This document shows, one piece after another, positions 31,381-40,198 of a DNA stretch of 48,519 bases. The notes under the pieces are model-generated. The model saw only the letters and a list, made by a program, of their open reading frames with translations, was not told the DNA's origin and did no database searches. Source of the stretch: an uncultured Pseudomonadales bacterium (GTDB lineage Bacteria; Patescibacteriota; Microgenomatia; UBA1400; MFAQ01); contig CAZWYN010000001.1 in the NCBI GenBank assembly GCA_964638575.1, positions 1-48,519 on the forward strand. Reading direction: 5' to 3'. A program made the position numbers and the translations under genes. Position 1 is the first letter of the stretch. Each line of letters starts with the position of its first letter.

Positions 31381-33492
31381 ATGGCTCGTAAAAAAGGTCG
31401 TCGCTCAAAGCCCTACAAACTGAATCTAAAAAAAGACACTGCTAACTCTGTTATGGCATTGTTGATTATGGGTACCGGTGGCTTAATTGCTATTTCTTTT
31501 TCTCAGCAAGGGGCTTTTCTCACCCAAGTCAACGAAATTGGCCGCAATCTTTTGGGTTGGCCACTTCTTTTATTACCCTTTATCTTTGTCGTCGGTGGCC
31601 TGCTTCTTACTCATGTTAAGCTCGCTATCGCCTCAGCCCACGTTCTTCTCGGCAGTGTCGTCACTATGATTTCTTTAAGTGGACTTACCGGTTCGGGCAG
31701 TATCGGTTCGGGTATCAGAGAATCAATCATCTCTCTTATTTCCACCCCCGGAGCAATCCTTTTTTTCTTGGTCGGTACGGCCATTGGACTCTTCATTCTT
31801 TTTGAAACCTCTATTGAAGACCTCGTAGTCTTTATCCAAGAAAATCTCAAAAGAGTTGGTGACGCCGGCAGCAAACTCCAAACGCTCGGCAAAAAGAACG
31901 GCACTGTTTTTGTCAGCAAGCCAGGCTCAGTCAAGATCACTGGCGGAGAAGACAACTATGCACCCCCCATAATTCATCAGGAAGACACCAAAAAACCTTC
32001 TGTGGTTGGCCAACTACCCCCCAAACCCATGCTTGAGGGTGCCACGGCCACAATCTGGCAGTATCCTCCAATTAGTCTTCTTTCGGATCAAAAACTCGGC
32101 AAAGCCGACCGTGGAGATATTAACAAAAATATTGAGGTCATCCAAAATACTCTTGAGTCGTTTGGCATTCAGGCACATGTTTCCGAAGTTCATAAAGGTC
32201 CCGCTGTTACTCAGTACGCACTGACCATCGCTATGGGCACCAAGCTGTCCAAAATTAATGCCCTTCAATCCGATTTGGCCCTTGCTCTTTCCGCACCTCA
32301 AGGGCAAATCCGTATCGAGTCTCCTATTCCTGGTCGAGACTTAGTAGGTATCGAAATCCCTAATCGCTCCCTCGAATTTGTTTCCCTGAGAGACATGCTC
32401 AGTTCACCTGCCATGCAAAACAACAAGTCGAAAACTATGGTCTCTCTGGGCTTAGATGTTTCCGGTACAGCTTGTGTCGTAGATATCGCCAAGATGCCTC
32501 ATATCCTCATCGCCGGTACTACCGGTTCCGGAAAATCAGTTCTTATCAACGCCTTTATTGCCTCCATTCTTTTTCGCGCCTCTCCCGAAGAGGTCAAATT
32601 TATTATGGTTGACCCAAAACGTGTTGAGCTCACTCCCTACAGCGGTATTCCTCATTTACTTACCGATGTTATCGTCGATGTCGACAAAGTCGTCAACGCT
32701 CTTGGTTGGGCTGTGGCCGAAATGGAAAGACGTTACAAAATTTTTCAAGAAGTTGGCGTCAAAAATATTGCCGGTTACAACGAAAGTAAGGCTTTTCAAT
32801 CCATGCCTTACATCATCATTGTTATTGATGAGATCGCAGACATTATGATGAACAAAAACGCCGGCGAAGTTGAAAACCATATTGTTCGTTTGGCCCAAAT
32901 GGCTCGTGCCGTTGGTATTCACTTGGTTCTTGCCACCCAACGACCTTCCGTTAATGTCATCACTGGTATTATTAAAGCCAACATTCCCGCCCGTATTGCT
33001 TTCCAAGTTACTTCTATGATTGATTCTCGTGTCATTATCGACACTCCTGGTGCCGAAAAACTACTAGGTAAGGGAGACATGCTTTTTATTCCTCCTGATG
33101 TGGCCAAACCCAAACGTATCCAGGGAGCATTTGTTTCCGAAAAAGAAATCGTCGATCTTCTCAAGTTTATTCAAAGCATTGGTGTTGAAGTCAAAAGAGA
33201 TGACACTATTACAAAAAATGTTTCCAAAGGAAGAATTGGAACCGGTGGTCAGGACATGGGTAATGTAGATGAAAAATTTGAAGAAGCCGCCAGACTCTGT
33301 ATCGCTGAAGGTAAAGGCTCTGCCTCCCTTCTCCAGCGTCGTCTTGAGGTTGGCTACGCCAGAGCCGCAAGAATTTTAGATCAACTGGAGAATGCCGGCA
33401 TTCTTGCCCACGCCGAAGGTAATAAGCCTCGCGAAATTATTGTTAATAGTTTTGATGAATACCTGCCCCAAAACGAAGAGCAGGAACAGTAA
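31381..33492 (+). CDS. ftsK: DNA translocase FtsK/SpoIIIE
   Basis: N-terminal TM helices are followed by Walker A GTTGSGKSVLINA, Walker B IIIVIDEIADIMM, LATQRPSVNVITG and the gamma winged helix ASLLQRRLEVGYARAARILDQLENAGIL. Confidence 0.93.
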   Translation: MARKKGRRSKPYKLNLKKDTANSVMALLIMGTGGLIAISFSQQGAFLTQVNEIGRNLLGWPLLLLPFIFVVGGLLLTHVKLAIASAHVLLGSVVTMISLSGLTGSGSIGSGIRESIISLISTPGAILFFLVGTAIGLFILFETSIEDLVVFIQENLKRVGDAGSKLQTLGKKNGTVFVSKPGSVKITGGEDNYAPPIIHQEDTKKPSVVGQLPPKPMLEGATATIWQYPPISLLSDQKLGKADRGDINKNIEVIQNTLESFGIQAHVSEVHKGPAVTQYALTIAMGTKLSKINALQSDLALALSAPQGQIRIESPIPGRDLVGIEIPNRSLEFVSLRDMLSSPAMQNNKSKTMVSLGLDVSGTACVVDIAKMPHILIAGTTGSGKSVLINAFIASILFRASPEEVKFIMVDPKRVELTPYSGIPHLLTDVIVDVDKVVNALGWAVAEMERRYKIFQEVGVKNIAGYNESKAFQSMPYIIIVIDEIADIMMNKNAGEVENHIVRLAQMARAVGIHLVLATQRPSVNVITGIIKANIPARIAFQVTSMIDSRVIIDTPGAEKLLGKGDMLFIPPDVAKPKRIQGAFVSEKEIVDLLKFIQSIGVEVKRDDTITKNVSKGRIGTGGQDMGNVDEKFEEAARLCIAEGKGSASLLQRRLEVGYARAARILDQLENAGILAHAEGNKPREIIVNSFDEYLPQNEEQEQ

Positions 33493-33497
33493 CTGTT

Positions 33498-34127
33498 ATG
33501 AAAACAGTTGGACAACTTCTTCACTCTGAAAGAAACAGAAAAAATATTTCTATTTCAGAACTTTCTTTGGCCACCAAAATTGATGGCAAATATATCGAAG
33601 CTCTAGAAGCAGATCGTTACGATCTTCTACCCTCCGAAACTTTCGCCAAGGGCTTTATCAGAAACTTATCGTTGAGCCTTGGTAGCGATCCTGAAGATTT
33701 TATTGCTGTTTTTAGGAGGGATTATCGTAATCCAGAACTCAAAAAAAATATTGTTAAACAGCACAAAAAATCGAGACTTAATCTTCCCCACATGTCTTCA
33801 CAACTCTTTCCAATAATTCTGGGTGTAATTGTTTTTATTATTTATCTTATTTTTCAGTTTAGAGTTATTCTCACTCCTCCTCCCCTCACTGTGAATCGTC
33901 CCCTTGAGGGCGCCGTTCTTTCCTCTCCAGTCGAAATTCAGGGCTCAACTTCTACAGACTCCTTGGTTACCATAAACGGAGACAATGTCGTCAAACCAGA
34001 TCAAAACGGTGCTTTTCAGGTGAGCATCAGCCTTCCTGTTGGTGAAATCTCCGTAAAAATAAAAGCCACCAATCGTTTTGGGAGGGTCACCTCTACCGAT
34101 CTCCCCCTTACCATCATCTCCAACTAA
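33498..34127 (+). CDS. RodZ-like helix-turn-helix membrane protein with Ig-like C-terminal domain
   Basis: VGQLLHSERNRKNISISELSLATKIDGKYIEALEADRYDLLPSETFAKGFIRN is the HTH_25/RodZ-type N-terminus. One TM segment (LFPIILGVIVFIIYLIFQF) and a beta-rich ectodomain follow. Confidence 0.6.
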   Translation: MKTVGQLLHSERNRKNISISELSLATKIDGKYIEALEADRYDLLPSETFAKGFIRNLSLSLGSDPEDFIAVFRRDYRNPELKKNIVKQHKKSRLNLPHMSSQLFPIILGVIVFIIYLIFQFRVILTPPPLTVNRPLEGAVLSSPVEIQGSTSTDSLVTINGDNVVKPDQNGAFQVSISLPVGEISVKIKATNRFGRVTSTDLPLTIISN

Positions 34128-34160
34128 CCGAGAAAGCAAAAAATTTGCTATGATGAATAT

Positions 34161-34460
34161 ATGACTTTGTCACAGATTGTTTCGCTAATATCTGTCTCGG
34201 TTCTCACCGTCGTTGCCGTTATTGTCGGTATTGAATTGATCTTGGTTCTCAAAGAACTAAAAAGCTCTCTAACAAGAGTCAATCGCACTCTTGATACCGC
34301 CGATGAGACCCTCCAAAAACTTTCTCAGCCAGCAGTTGGTCTCTTTGCCATTATCGAAGGTTTCCGTCAGTCCGGAAAAATTGTCGAAATGGTCCAGCAC
34401 CTACTTGGCAAAGACAAACCGTCAGCTCCGGTAAATCTTGAAGAAGATGAGCCTCAATAA
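34161..34460 (+). CDS. DUF948-like small membrane protein
   Basis: An N-terminal TM segment (ISVSVLTVVAVIVGIELILVL) is followed by KELKSSLTRVNRTLDTADETLQKL, as in DUF948 proteins. Confidence 0.45.
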   Translation: MTLSQIVSLISVSVLTVVAVIVGIELILVLKELKSSLTRVNRTLDTADETLQKLSQPAVGLFAIIEGFRQSGKIVEMVQHLLGKDKPSAPVNLEEDEPQ

Positions 34461-34746
34461 TAACCAAGACCACCACTTTTCCTCCTTTGCTATGGGAGCA
34501 ACCATAGGCGTTATTGCCGCCCTACTTTTTGGCACCGAAGAGGGCCGAAAAGTCGTCAAAGAAGTCCTGAATGCCATTCCTGAAAAATACAAAAATATTC
34601 CAGGCAATCTTCTTCCTCACGAGAAACCCGAAGAAGCACTTCGGACTCCGATAATCTCCCCCCAAGAAACTCCTCACCACACTACCTATGATTTTGAAGC
34701 ACCGCCACCACCCCCTCCCGTCGTTAATCCTTTTCGTCCTCAATAA
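34447..34746 (+). CDS. YtxH-like protein
   Basis: FAMGATIGVIAALLFGTEEGRKVVKEV resembles the YtxH motif (G...G...alL.AP.sG.e.R). The track start at 34438 is a TTG; the first ATG is at 34447. It overlaps the DUF948-like gene. Confidence 0.45.
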   Translation: MSLNNNQDHHFSSFAMGATIGVIAALLFGTEEGRKVVKEVLNAIPEKYKNIPGNLLPHEKPEEALRTPIISPQETPHHTTYDFEAPPPPPPVVNPFRPQ

Positions 34747-34762
34747 CTGATTCTGAATTCTT

Positions 34763-34792
34763 TTGTGCACAACGACTCGTTTGAGCTATAAT
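34763..34792 (+). promoter_or_regulatory. Candidate alaS promoter (-35 TTGTGC, 18-nt spacer, -10 TATAAT)
   Basis: TTGTGC is at 34763-34768 and TATAAT at 34787-34792. The ATG is 10 nt after the -10. Confidence 0.45.
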
Positions 34793-34802
34793 TTGTATTC
34801 AA

Positions 34803-36641
34803 ATGACCATCAACGACATCAGGAGCAAATTCCTCTCTTTTATGGAAAAAAGAGGACATGCCATTATTCCTTCGGCATCACTAGTTCCCGAAGGCGATGC
34901 CACCACCCTTTTTACCTCTGCCGGTATGCAACCAATGATGCCCTATCTCCTTGGTCAAAAACATCCCTTAGGAACCCGTCTTGTTGATTCCCAAAAATGT
35001 TTCCGTTCCGGAGATATTGACGAGATAGGAGACAACCGCCACACCACTTTTTTTGAGATGCTTGGCAACTGGTCACTAGGAGATTACTTCAAAGACAAAC
35101 AACTTGAATGGTTTTTTACCTTCCTGATAAACAAAAACGATGGTTTGGGTCTAGATCCCAAAAAGCTCTTCGTCACCGTTTTTGAAGGAGGCTCTGGTGT
35201 GGGTAAAGATGTGGAAGCTGTTTCCATTTGGCAAGATCTGTTTAAAAAAGTAGGAATCAGCGCTAAGGAGGGTGAACGTATTTTTGCTTATCCCGCCAAT
35301 AAAAACTGGTGGTCAAGATCGGGTACCCCCGAAAATATGCCTGCCGGAGAACCAGGAGGTCCAGACTCCGAGGTCTTTTTTGATTTTGGTGAAAATCTGA
35401 AACTCCACGAAAAATCGAGTTTTAAAAAAGAAAAATGTCATCCCAACTGTGACTGCGGTCGTTTTATGGAGATTGGCAACTCTGTTTTTATGCAGTATCT
35501 AAAAAAAGAAGATGGCACCCTTGAAGAGCTCCCTCGTAAAAACATCGACTTTGGTGGTGGTCTTACCCGCCTGGAGGCTGCCGTCAACTCCGATCCGGAT
35601 ATATTCAAGATCTCCAGTCTCCTCCCTTTGATTTCGGAAATTGAAAAAATTTCCGGAAAATCTTACTCTGATGTCGAAAACCAACCTCTCATGCGCGTGA
35701 TTGCCGATCATCTCACGGCTGCTACCTTCCTCATCAAGGATGGTGTTTTTCCAACCAACAAAGCCCAGGGATATGTACTCAGAAGGATACTTCGTCGTGC
35801 CGCTGTTAAACTATATTTTCTGACTTCCGATTTTGAAACTCTCGAAAGACTTGCCGAACTTAGTTTTCTAGTCGCTCAGATTTATTCTCCTCTTTATTTC
35901 GATATCAAAAAGGACACCCCGGTTCTTCATGAGACCATAAAGACTGAAATTAAAAGATTTAGTGTTTCACTGGACAAAGGGATTAAAGAACTCCAAAAAA
36001 ATCCCAAAATTGATGGTAAAGCCGCCTTTGACCTCTATCAAAATTATGGTTTCCCGCTGGAAATTACCGCTGAAATACTATCCAGAATGAATATAAAAAT
36101 CGACACGAAGCAATTTGAAGCTGAGTTTGAAAAACACAAACAACTTTCTCGTTCTGCCTCAGCCGGCATGTTCACCGGAGGCCTTGCCGACCACTCCAAA
36201 ACAGTCACGGCGTATCACACAGCCACCCATCTGCTTCATGCTGCACTCCGTCAAATCTTAGGTACCCATGTTAGCCAAAAAGGATCCAATATCACCTCGG
36301 AAAGGCTCAGATTTGATTTTTCTCATCCGGAAAAACTCACAGATAGAGAGATTCAATTAACCGAAGAGTTAATTAATAAAGCCATCTCCGCTAAACTTCC
36401 GGTTACCAGGGAAGAAACAAAAAAAGACGACGCGATTGCGCAGGGAGCCATGGCTTTCTTTGGCCAAAAATATCCTGACGTGGTGAGTGTTTATACGATT
36501 GGCAACAAAGAAAACACCTTTTCCAAGGAAATCTGTGGCGGACCCCATGTGACTAATACGAAAGAACTTGCTAAGATAAAGATAGTCAAACAGGAGTCAT
36601 TGGGCGTTGGGACACGTCGCCTTTACTTACAGTTTGTTTGA
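34803..36641 (+). CDS. alaS: Alanine--tRNA ligase, short form (612 aa, no C-Ala domain)
   Basis: IRSKFLSFMEKRGHAIIPSASLVP, TLFTSAGMQPMMPYLLG and FFEMLGNWSLGDYFK mark the catalytic core. The editing-domain zinc motifs are HTATHLLHAAL and CGGPHV. Confidence 0.92.
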   Translation: MTINDIRSKFLSFMEKRGHAIIPSASLVPEGDATTLFTSAGMQPMMPYLLGQKHPLGTRLVDSQKCFRSGDIDEIGDNRHTTFFEMLGNWSLGDYFKDKQLEWFFTFLINKNDGLGLDPKKLFVTVFEGGSGVGKDVEAVSIWQDLFKKVGISAKEGERIFAYPANKNWWSRSGTPENMPAGEPGGPDSEVFFDFGENLKLHEKSSFKKEKCHPNCDCGRFMEIGNSVFMQYLKKEDGTLEELPRKNIDFGGGLTRLEAAVNSDPDIFKISSLLPLISEIEKISGKSYSDVENQPLMRVIADHLTAATFLIKDGVFPTNKAQGYVLRRILRRAAVKLYFLTSDFETLERLAELSFLVAQIYSPLYFDIKKDTPVLHETIKTEIKRFSVSLDKGIKELQKNPKIDGKAAFDLYQNYGFPLEITAEILSRMNIKIDTKQFEAEFEKHKQLSRSASAGMFTGGLADHSKTVTAYHTATHLLHAALRQILGTHVSQKGSNITSERLRFDFSHPEKLTDREIQLTEELINKAISAKLPVTREETKKDDAIAQGAMAFFGQKYPDVVSVYTIGNKENTFSKEICGGPHVTNTKELAKIKIVKQESLGVGTRRLYLQFV

Positions 36642-38815
36642 CGACTTCAGTCATGAACTTAGTAAATCTATTTGGAAACAAGTCAAAAACCAAGGAACCG
36701 GACTATTTTTTGGCCATCGAGATTCATGAATCTCTCATCAAAACCGCCCTCTGGGAAGTTGCCGAGGGAACTCCCTCTGTCATTAAAGTGGGATCATTCG
36801 AGTCGTGGGCAGACGAAGACTCTCTTATAAATGGGGTCGACGCCTCACTCGAGCAAGCAGTCAAAGACATCGATTCTGAGCCCCGAAAGGTTATTTTTGG
36901 ACTTCCTGATTCCTGGATTAATGACGGCAAAGTTCACCCTTCAAAAACAAAGCTAATAAGTCGTCTAGTCAAAGAACTAGGACTTGATCCCATTGGTATG
37001 GTTCCCATAAACTCCGCCATTGCTCATTACATGAAAAATCTTGAAGGCATTCCCCCCACGGCTATTCTTCTTGAAATCTATACCACTAAAGTCGTTGTCT
37101 CTGTTATCGAAAAAGGCGAAATAACCTCATCGGAAGAAACTGCCAGGTCAGATGATCTAGCCCAAGACGTCGAGGAAGGACTAACCGTTATTGGCAAGGA
37201 AAAGCTACCGGCTCGCTTTATCCTCACCAACGGCGGAGCACTTGAGGAAGAAGAACAGCACATTACCTCTCATCCTTGGCAGGAACGGCTACCTTTTCAG
37301 CACATGCCCAAAGTTGAAGCCTTACCCGTAGACTTTAGTATTCGGGCAATTGCCCTCACCGGGGGGACTGAAGCTGTTCAGTACCTTACCGGAAAGACAA
37401 GTGAAGAGCCACACGAAGAGAGTCTTCCTCACGAAGAAACCAATATTTATGTTCCGGAAGTATCACCGACATCCATTGATGAGCTCGGTTTTTCGTACGA
37501 AGAGGCCGACGCCCCTTCTTCTGTAGAGAAAGCTCCCCCTGAAACATATCTCGAACCATCCATCGACATCTCGGAACCAGAATATGCTCTTCCCCAAGAA
37601 GAACCTACCTTTACTCCAAAACCAAAAACTAAACTCGCTTTTTCCCTACCAACTTTTCCAAAATTTAGTCTTCCCGACATAAAAGTAAATAAACTTTCTT
37701 GGTTATATTTACTAGCCCTACCCTTGTTGTTGGGTTTGGGCTACGTCCTCTATCTTTTTACAGGACAGGCAATCGTCTCCATAGCCTTCAATCCTCAAAA
37801 AATCACTGGTCAATACACCATCTCCATTGCCGAAAGTTCCGTTTCCGCCACACCTACCTTGCTGGCCACTAAAAAAACGGTTTCTGGTTCAGCTAAAGAA
37901 CAAATTCCTACCACTGGGGACGCAACTGTAGGAGACAAAGCTTCCGGAGCAATTACCATAGCCAACAAATCCACAGCCCCCATTGTTATTAAAGCTGGCT
38001 CCACCATTCTTTCCGAAAATAGCAAATATGCGTATACCGTAAATGATGCGGTGACCGTCGCTTCCAAGAGTGCTGATGTCGGCATCGTTCAGGGAGCATA
38101 TGGAATTGCGCCGGGGGTAAAAGTAACGGCTGCCAAGATTGGTGCCGACTACAACCTTCCCAAAAACTCAAATTTCTCTGTTGATAACTACTCAAAAAAC
38201 ACCATCATCGCCGTCGCTGACGCAGACTTCTCCGGTGGAACGTCCAGAGCAGTTCGTGCAGTTTCCAAAGCCGATCAAGACAAACTTCTTTTGCTGGCCA
38301 CCGAGAAAATAAAGACGCAGATTCAAACCTCAACTCAGTCACAAACTCCCGGATTTAAATCTCTGGCGCTTTCTGAATTTGCCTTCACTAAAAAAACTTT
38401 TGACAAGAATATTGGCGAAGAAGCCACAGTTCTAAATTTGGATCTTGAAGGATCGGTTGATACTCTCGTTTACTCCGAAGATAATCTTTATCAACTAATT
38501 GCGGCTCAGCTCACCCCCCAAATACCCGCAGGGTCGGAAATTTTTCCCGGAAACACCGCCATCATACTCGAAGAACCAGTTAAAAAAGACGGCTACTACG
38601 AAGCAAAAGTAAATGTAGAGACCAGCCTATTCCCCAAGATTGATGAAGAAAAATTAAGAGCAGCTATTGGGGGAAAGTCCGTAACCGGAATTCGCCCTTA
38701 CTTCTCTACCATTCAAGGATTCAGTCAGCTTAGGGTAAAAATTGCCCCCAAAATTCCAATTTTCACCAACTTCCTTCCCCTAAAAAACATCAAGTTTGAA
38801 CTAGTGGAGGACTAA
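36638..38815 (+). CDS. Bitopic membrane protein: degenerate PilM/FtsA-like (ASKHA) cytoplasmic domain, acidic linker, TM, baseplate-J/gp47-like ectodomain
   Basis: FLAIEIHESLIKTALWEV, ILLEIYTTKVVVSVIEKG and IALTGGTEAVQYL sit in the order of the ASKHA phosphate-1, phosphate-2 and adenosine motifs. The TM segment is LSWLYLLALPLLLGLGYVLYLFTG. In the ectodomain, GDATVGDKASGAITIANKSTAPIVIKAGSTIL...GVKVTAAKIGADYNLPKNSNFSV...ADFSGGTSRAV resembles Baseplate_J proteins. The TTG at 36638 overlaps the alaS stop; the first ATG is at 36653. Confidence 0.45.
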   Translation: MTTSVMNLVNLFGNKSKTKEPDYFLAIEIHESLIKTALWEVAEGTPSVIKVGSFESWADEDSLINGVDASLEQAVKDIDSEPRKVIFGLPDSWINDGKVHPSKTKLISRLVKELGLDPIGMVPINSAIAHYMKNLEGIPPTAILLEIYTTKVVVSVIEKGEITSSEETARSDDLAQDVEEGLTVIGKEKLPARFILTNGGALEEEEQHITSHPWQERLPFQHMPKVEALPVDFSIRAIALTGGTEAVQYLTGKTSEEPHEESLPHEETNIYVPEVSPTSIDELGFSYEEADAPSSVEKAPPETYLEPSIDISEPEYALPQEEPTFTPKPKTKLAFSLPTFPKFSLPDIKVNKLSWLYLLALPLLLGLGYVLYLFTGQAIVSIAFNPQKITGQYTISIAESSVSATPTLLATKKTVSGSAKEQIPTTGDATVGDKASGAITIANKSTAPIVIKAGSTILSENSKYAYTVNDAVTVASKSADVGIVQGAYGIAPGVKVTAAKIGADYNLPKNSNFSVDNYSKNTIIAVADADFSGGTSRAVRAVSKADQDKLLLLATEKIKTQIQTSTQSQTPGFKSLALSEFAFTKKTFDKNIGEEATVLNLDLEGSVDTLVYSEDNLYQLIAAQLTPQIPAGSEIFPGNTAIILEEPVKKDGYYEAKVNVETSLFPKIDEEKLRAAIGGKSVTGIRPYFSTIQGFSQLRVKIAPKIPIFTNFLPLKNIKFELVED

Positions 38816-38816
38816 C

Positions 38817-39569
38817 ATGCTCTACGGATACAAAAAGGCTACGGCGAAAAATCCGCATCCTGGACGAAAAATCCCCATATATCTAAAAACCGTGCCAACA
38901 CTGATTTCTGCTCTTGGCCTTGGAATTCTTGGTGCCGTAGCTTATCCCGTGGTAAGTTACCAATTAAAAGACTTCCAGCCGTTTAGTCTAGTGAACACCG
39001 GTCTTCTCTCCCCAGTCTATTACGAATCAAAAGCAAGTTCGGATCGTGAACCAAAGATTTTGGGTGACTTGGACTATACTAAAGCCAGTAGCTGGTTCCC
39101 TGGAGACACTCAAAATAATCCCTTTACTGCCCCCAAGATAGACGATGGCAGCATCCCCGAATTTTATTCCATCTCTATTCCTTCTCTCGAGCTTGCCGAT
39201 GTTCAAGTAAGTTTATTTGACGAAGATCTGGCAAAACACCTGGTCCAGTATCCTCAAACCGCGCTTCCCGGGGAACTCGGTTCGCCTGTAATTTTTGGCC
39301 ACTCTACCCTTCCACAATTTTATAATCCCTTAAAATACACCACTATTTTTTCCAATTTACCGAAAATGAAACTTGGTTCGGACGTCTTTGTCAAATACAA
39401 GGACGCAGAATATACTTATCGGGTTACCAGTATTGTTGAGGTAAAACCATCGGAGCTCTGGGTACTAAAACAAAACTACAATGCTAAAACTATCAAATTA
39501 ATTACTTGTGTTCCTCCCGGAACCACTCTCCGTCGTTTGGTGGTGGAAGCAACTCTTATTGAAAATTAA
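38817..39569 (+). CDS. Sortase (membrane-anchored cysteine transpeptidase)
   Basis: An N-terminal TM segment is followed by the catalytic His in SPVIFGHSTL, Cys in TIKLITCVPPGT and Arg in LRRLVVEATL, which is the canonical sortase triad order. The ATG is 1 nt after the upstream stop, with a GGAGGA SD inside the upstream gene. Confidence 0.85.
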   Translation: MLYGYKKATAKNPHPGRKIPIYLKTVPTLISALGLGILGAVAYPVVSYQLKDFQPFSLVNTGLLSPVYYESKASSDREPKILGDLDYTKASSWFPGDTQNNPFTAPKIDDGSIPEFYSISIPSLELADVQVSLFDEDLAKHLVQYPQTALPGELGSPVIFGHSTLPQFYNPLKYTTIFSNLPKMKLGSDVFVKYKDAEYTYRVTSIVEVKPSELWVLKQNYNAKTIKLITCVPPGTTLRRLVVEATLIEN

Positions 39570-39571
39570 AT

Positions 39572-39970
39572 ATGAAAACAATACTTTGTCTCGATCTTGG
39601 TACCGCTCATACAGGCATCGCCATCTCTCGCGAGGGAATCCTTGCCGAACCTTTGGCTACCATTTTTGAGTCAAAAAAAGATAAACTTCTCGGTAAACTC
39701 CTCCCCTTTATAGCCAAAAACGATCCTGGAACCATCGTTATTGGTGTTCCTCATCATGGTCCGTTGGTTGAAACAGCCTCAGATCTAAAAAAAGAGCTTC
39801 AGAAAGTTTTCTCCGGTGAAATTGTTTTGTTTTCCGAAGACTTTTCTTCCCGTTCGGCCAGAAGTCTCCTGAAGGAAACGGGCAAAACCTTAATAAGAAG
39901 AAAAGAGAGTGAGCATCAAACGGCCGCCGCTATCATTTTGGAGGATTATCTGGACAACGCCAATAATTAA
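39572..39970 (+). CDS. ruvX: Putative pre-16S rRNA nuclease / Holliday junction resolvase-like RuvX (YqgF)
   Basis: ILCLDLGTAHTGIAIS, the size (132 aa), the C-terminal SEHQTAAAIILEDYL and the position before mltG all fit. Confidence 0.85.
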   Translation: MKTILCLDLGTAHTGIAISREGILAEPLATIFESKKDKLLGKLLPFIAKNDPGTIVIGVPHHGPLVETASDLKKELQKVFSGEIVLFSEDFSSRSARSLLKETGKTLIRRKESEHQTAAAIILEDYLDNANN

Positions 39971-39991
39971 CTACTTTGATACAATAAAGTT

Positions 39992-40198
39992 ATGTTCAAG
40001 AATATTATTGCTCCAGTCCAGGCCTGGCTCCTTTCCAAGGGCTCTTGCGTCGGTTGTGGCACTCCACTCGTTGAGGGTGAAAGTGTTCCTTCAAAAAAGG
40101 TCAAAGACTGTAATCAGGTCACTTGCAAATGTGGTCGTATCTTTATTTATAATCCCAAGACAAAAACTTATCGCCGTGCCCTTTTAAGTGAAGTATAA
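39992..40198 (+). CDS. Small zinc-ribbon protein (CxxC ... CxC)
   Basis: 68 aa with GSCVGCGTPL and VTCKCGRIF, four Cys in ribbon spacing. It occupies the slot between ruvX and mltG. Confidence 0.45.
   Translation: MFKNIIAPVQAWLLSKGSCVGCGTPLVEGESVPSKKVKDCNQVTCKCGRIFIYNPKTKTYRRALLSEV

Noticed and set aside
36638-38815. Baseplate-J-like domain as evidence of a prophage or tailocin.
   Set aside because: No other phage genes (tail tube, sheath, terminase, integrase) are nearby. The domain is fused to a TM helix and a cytoplasmic domain and embedded in a housekeeping operon.
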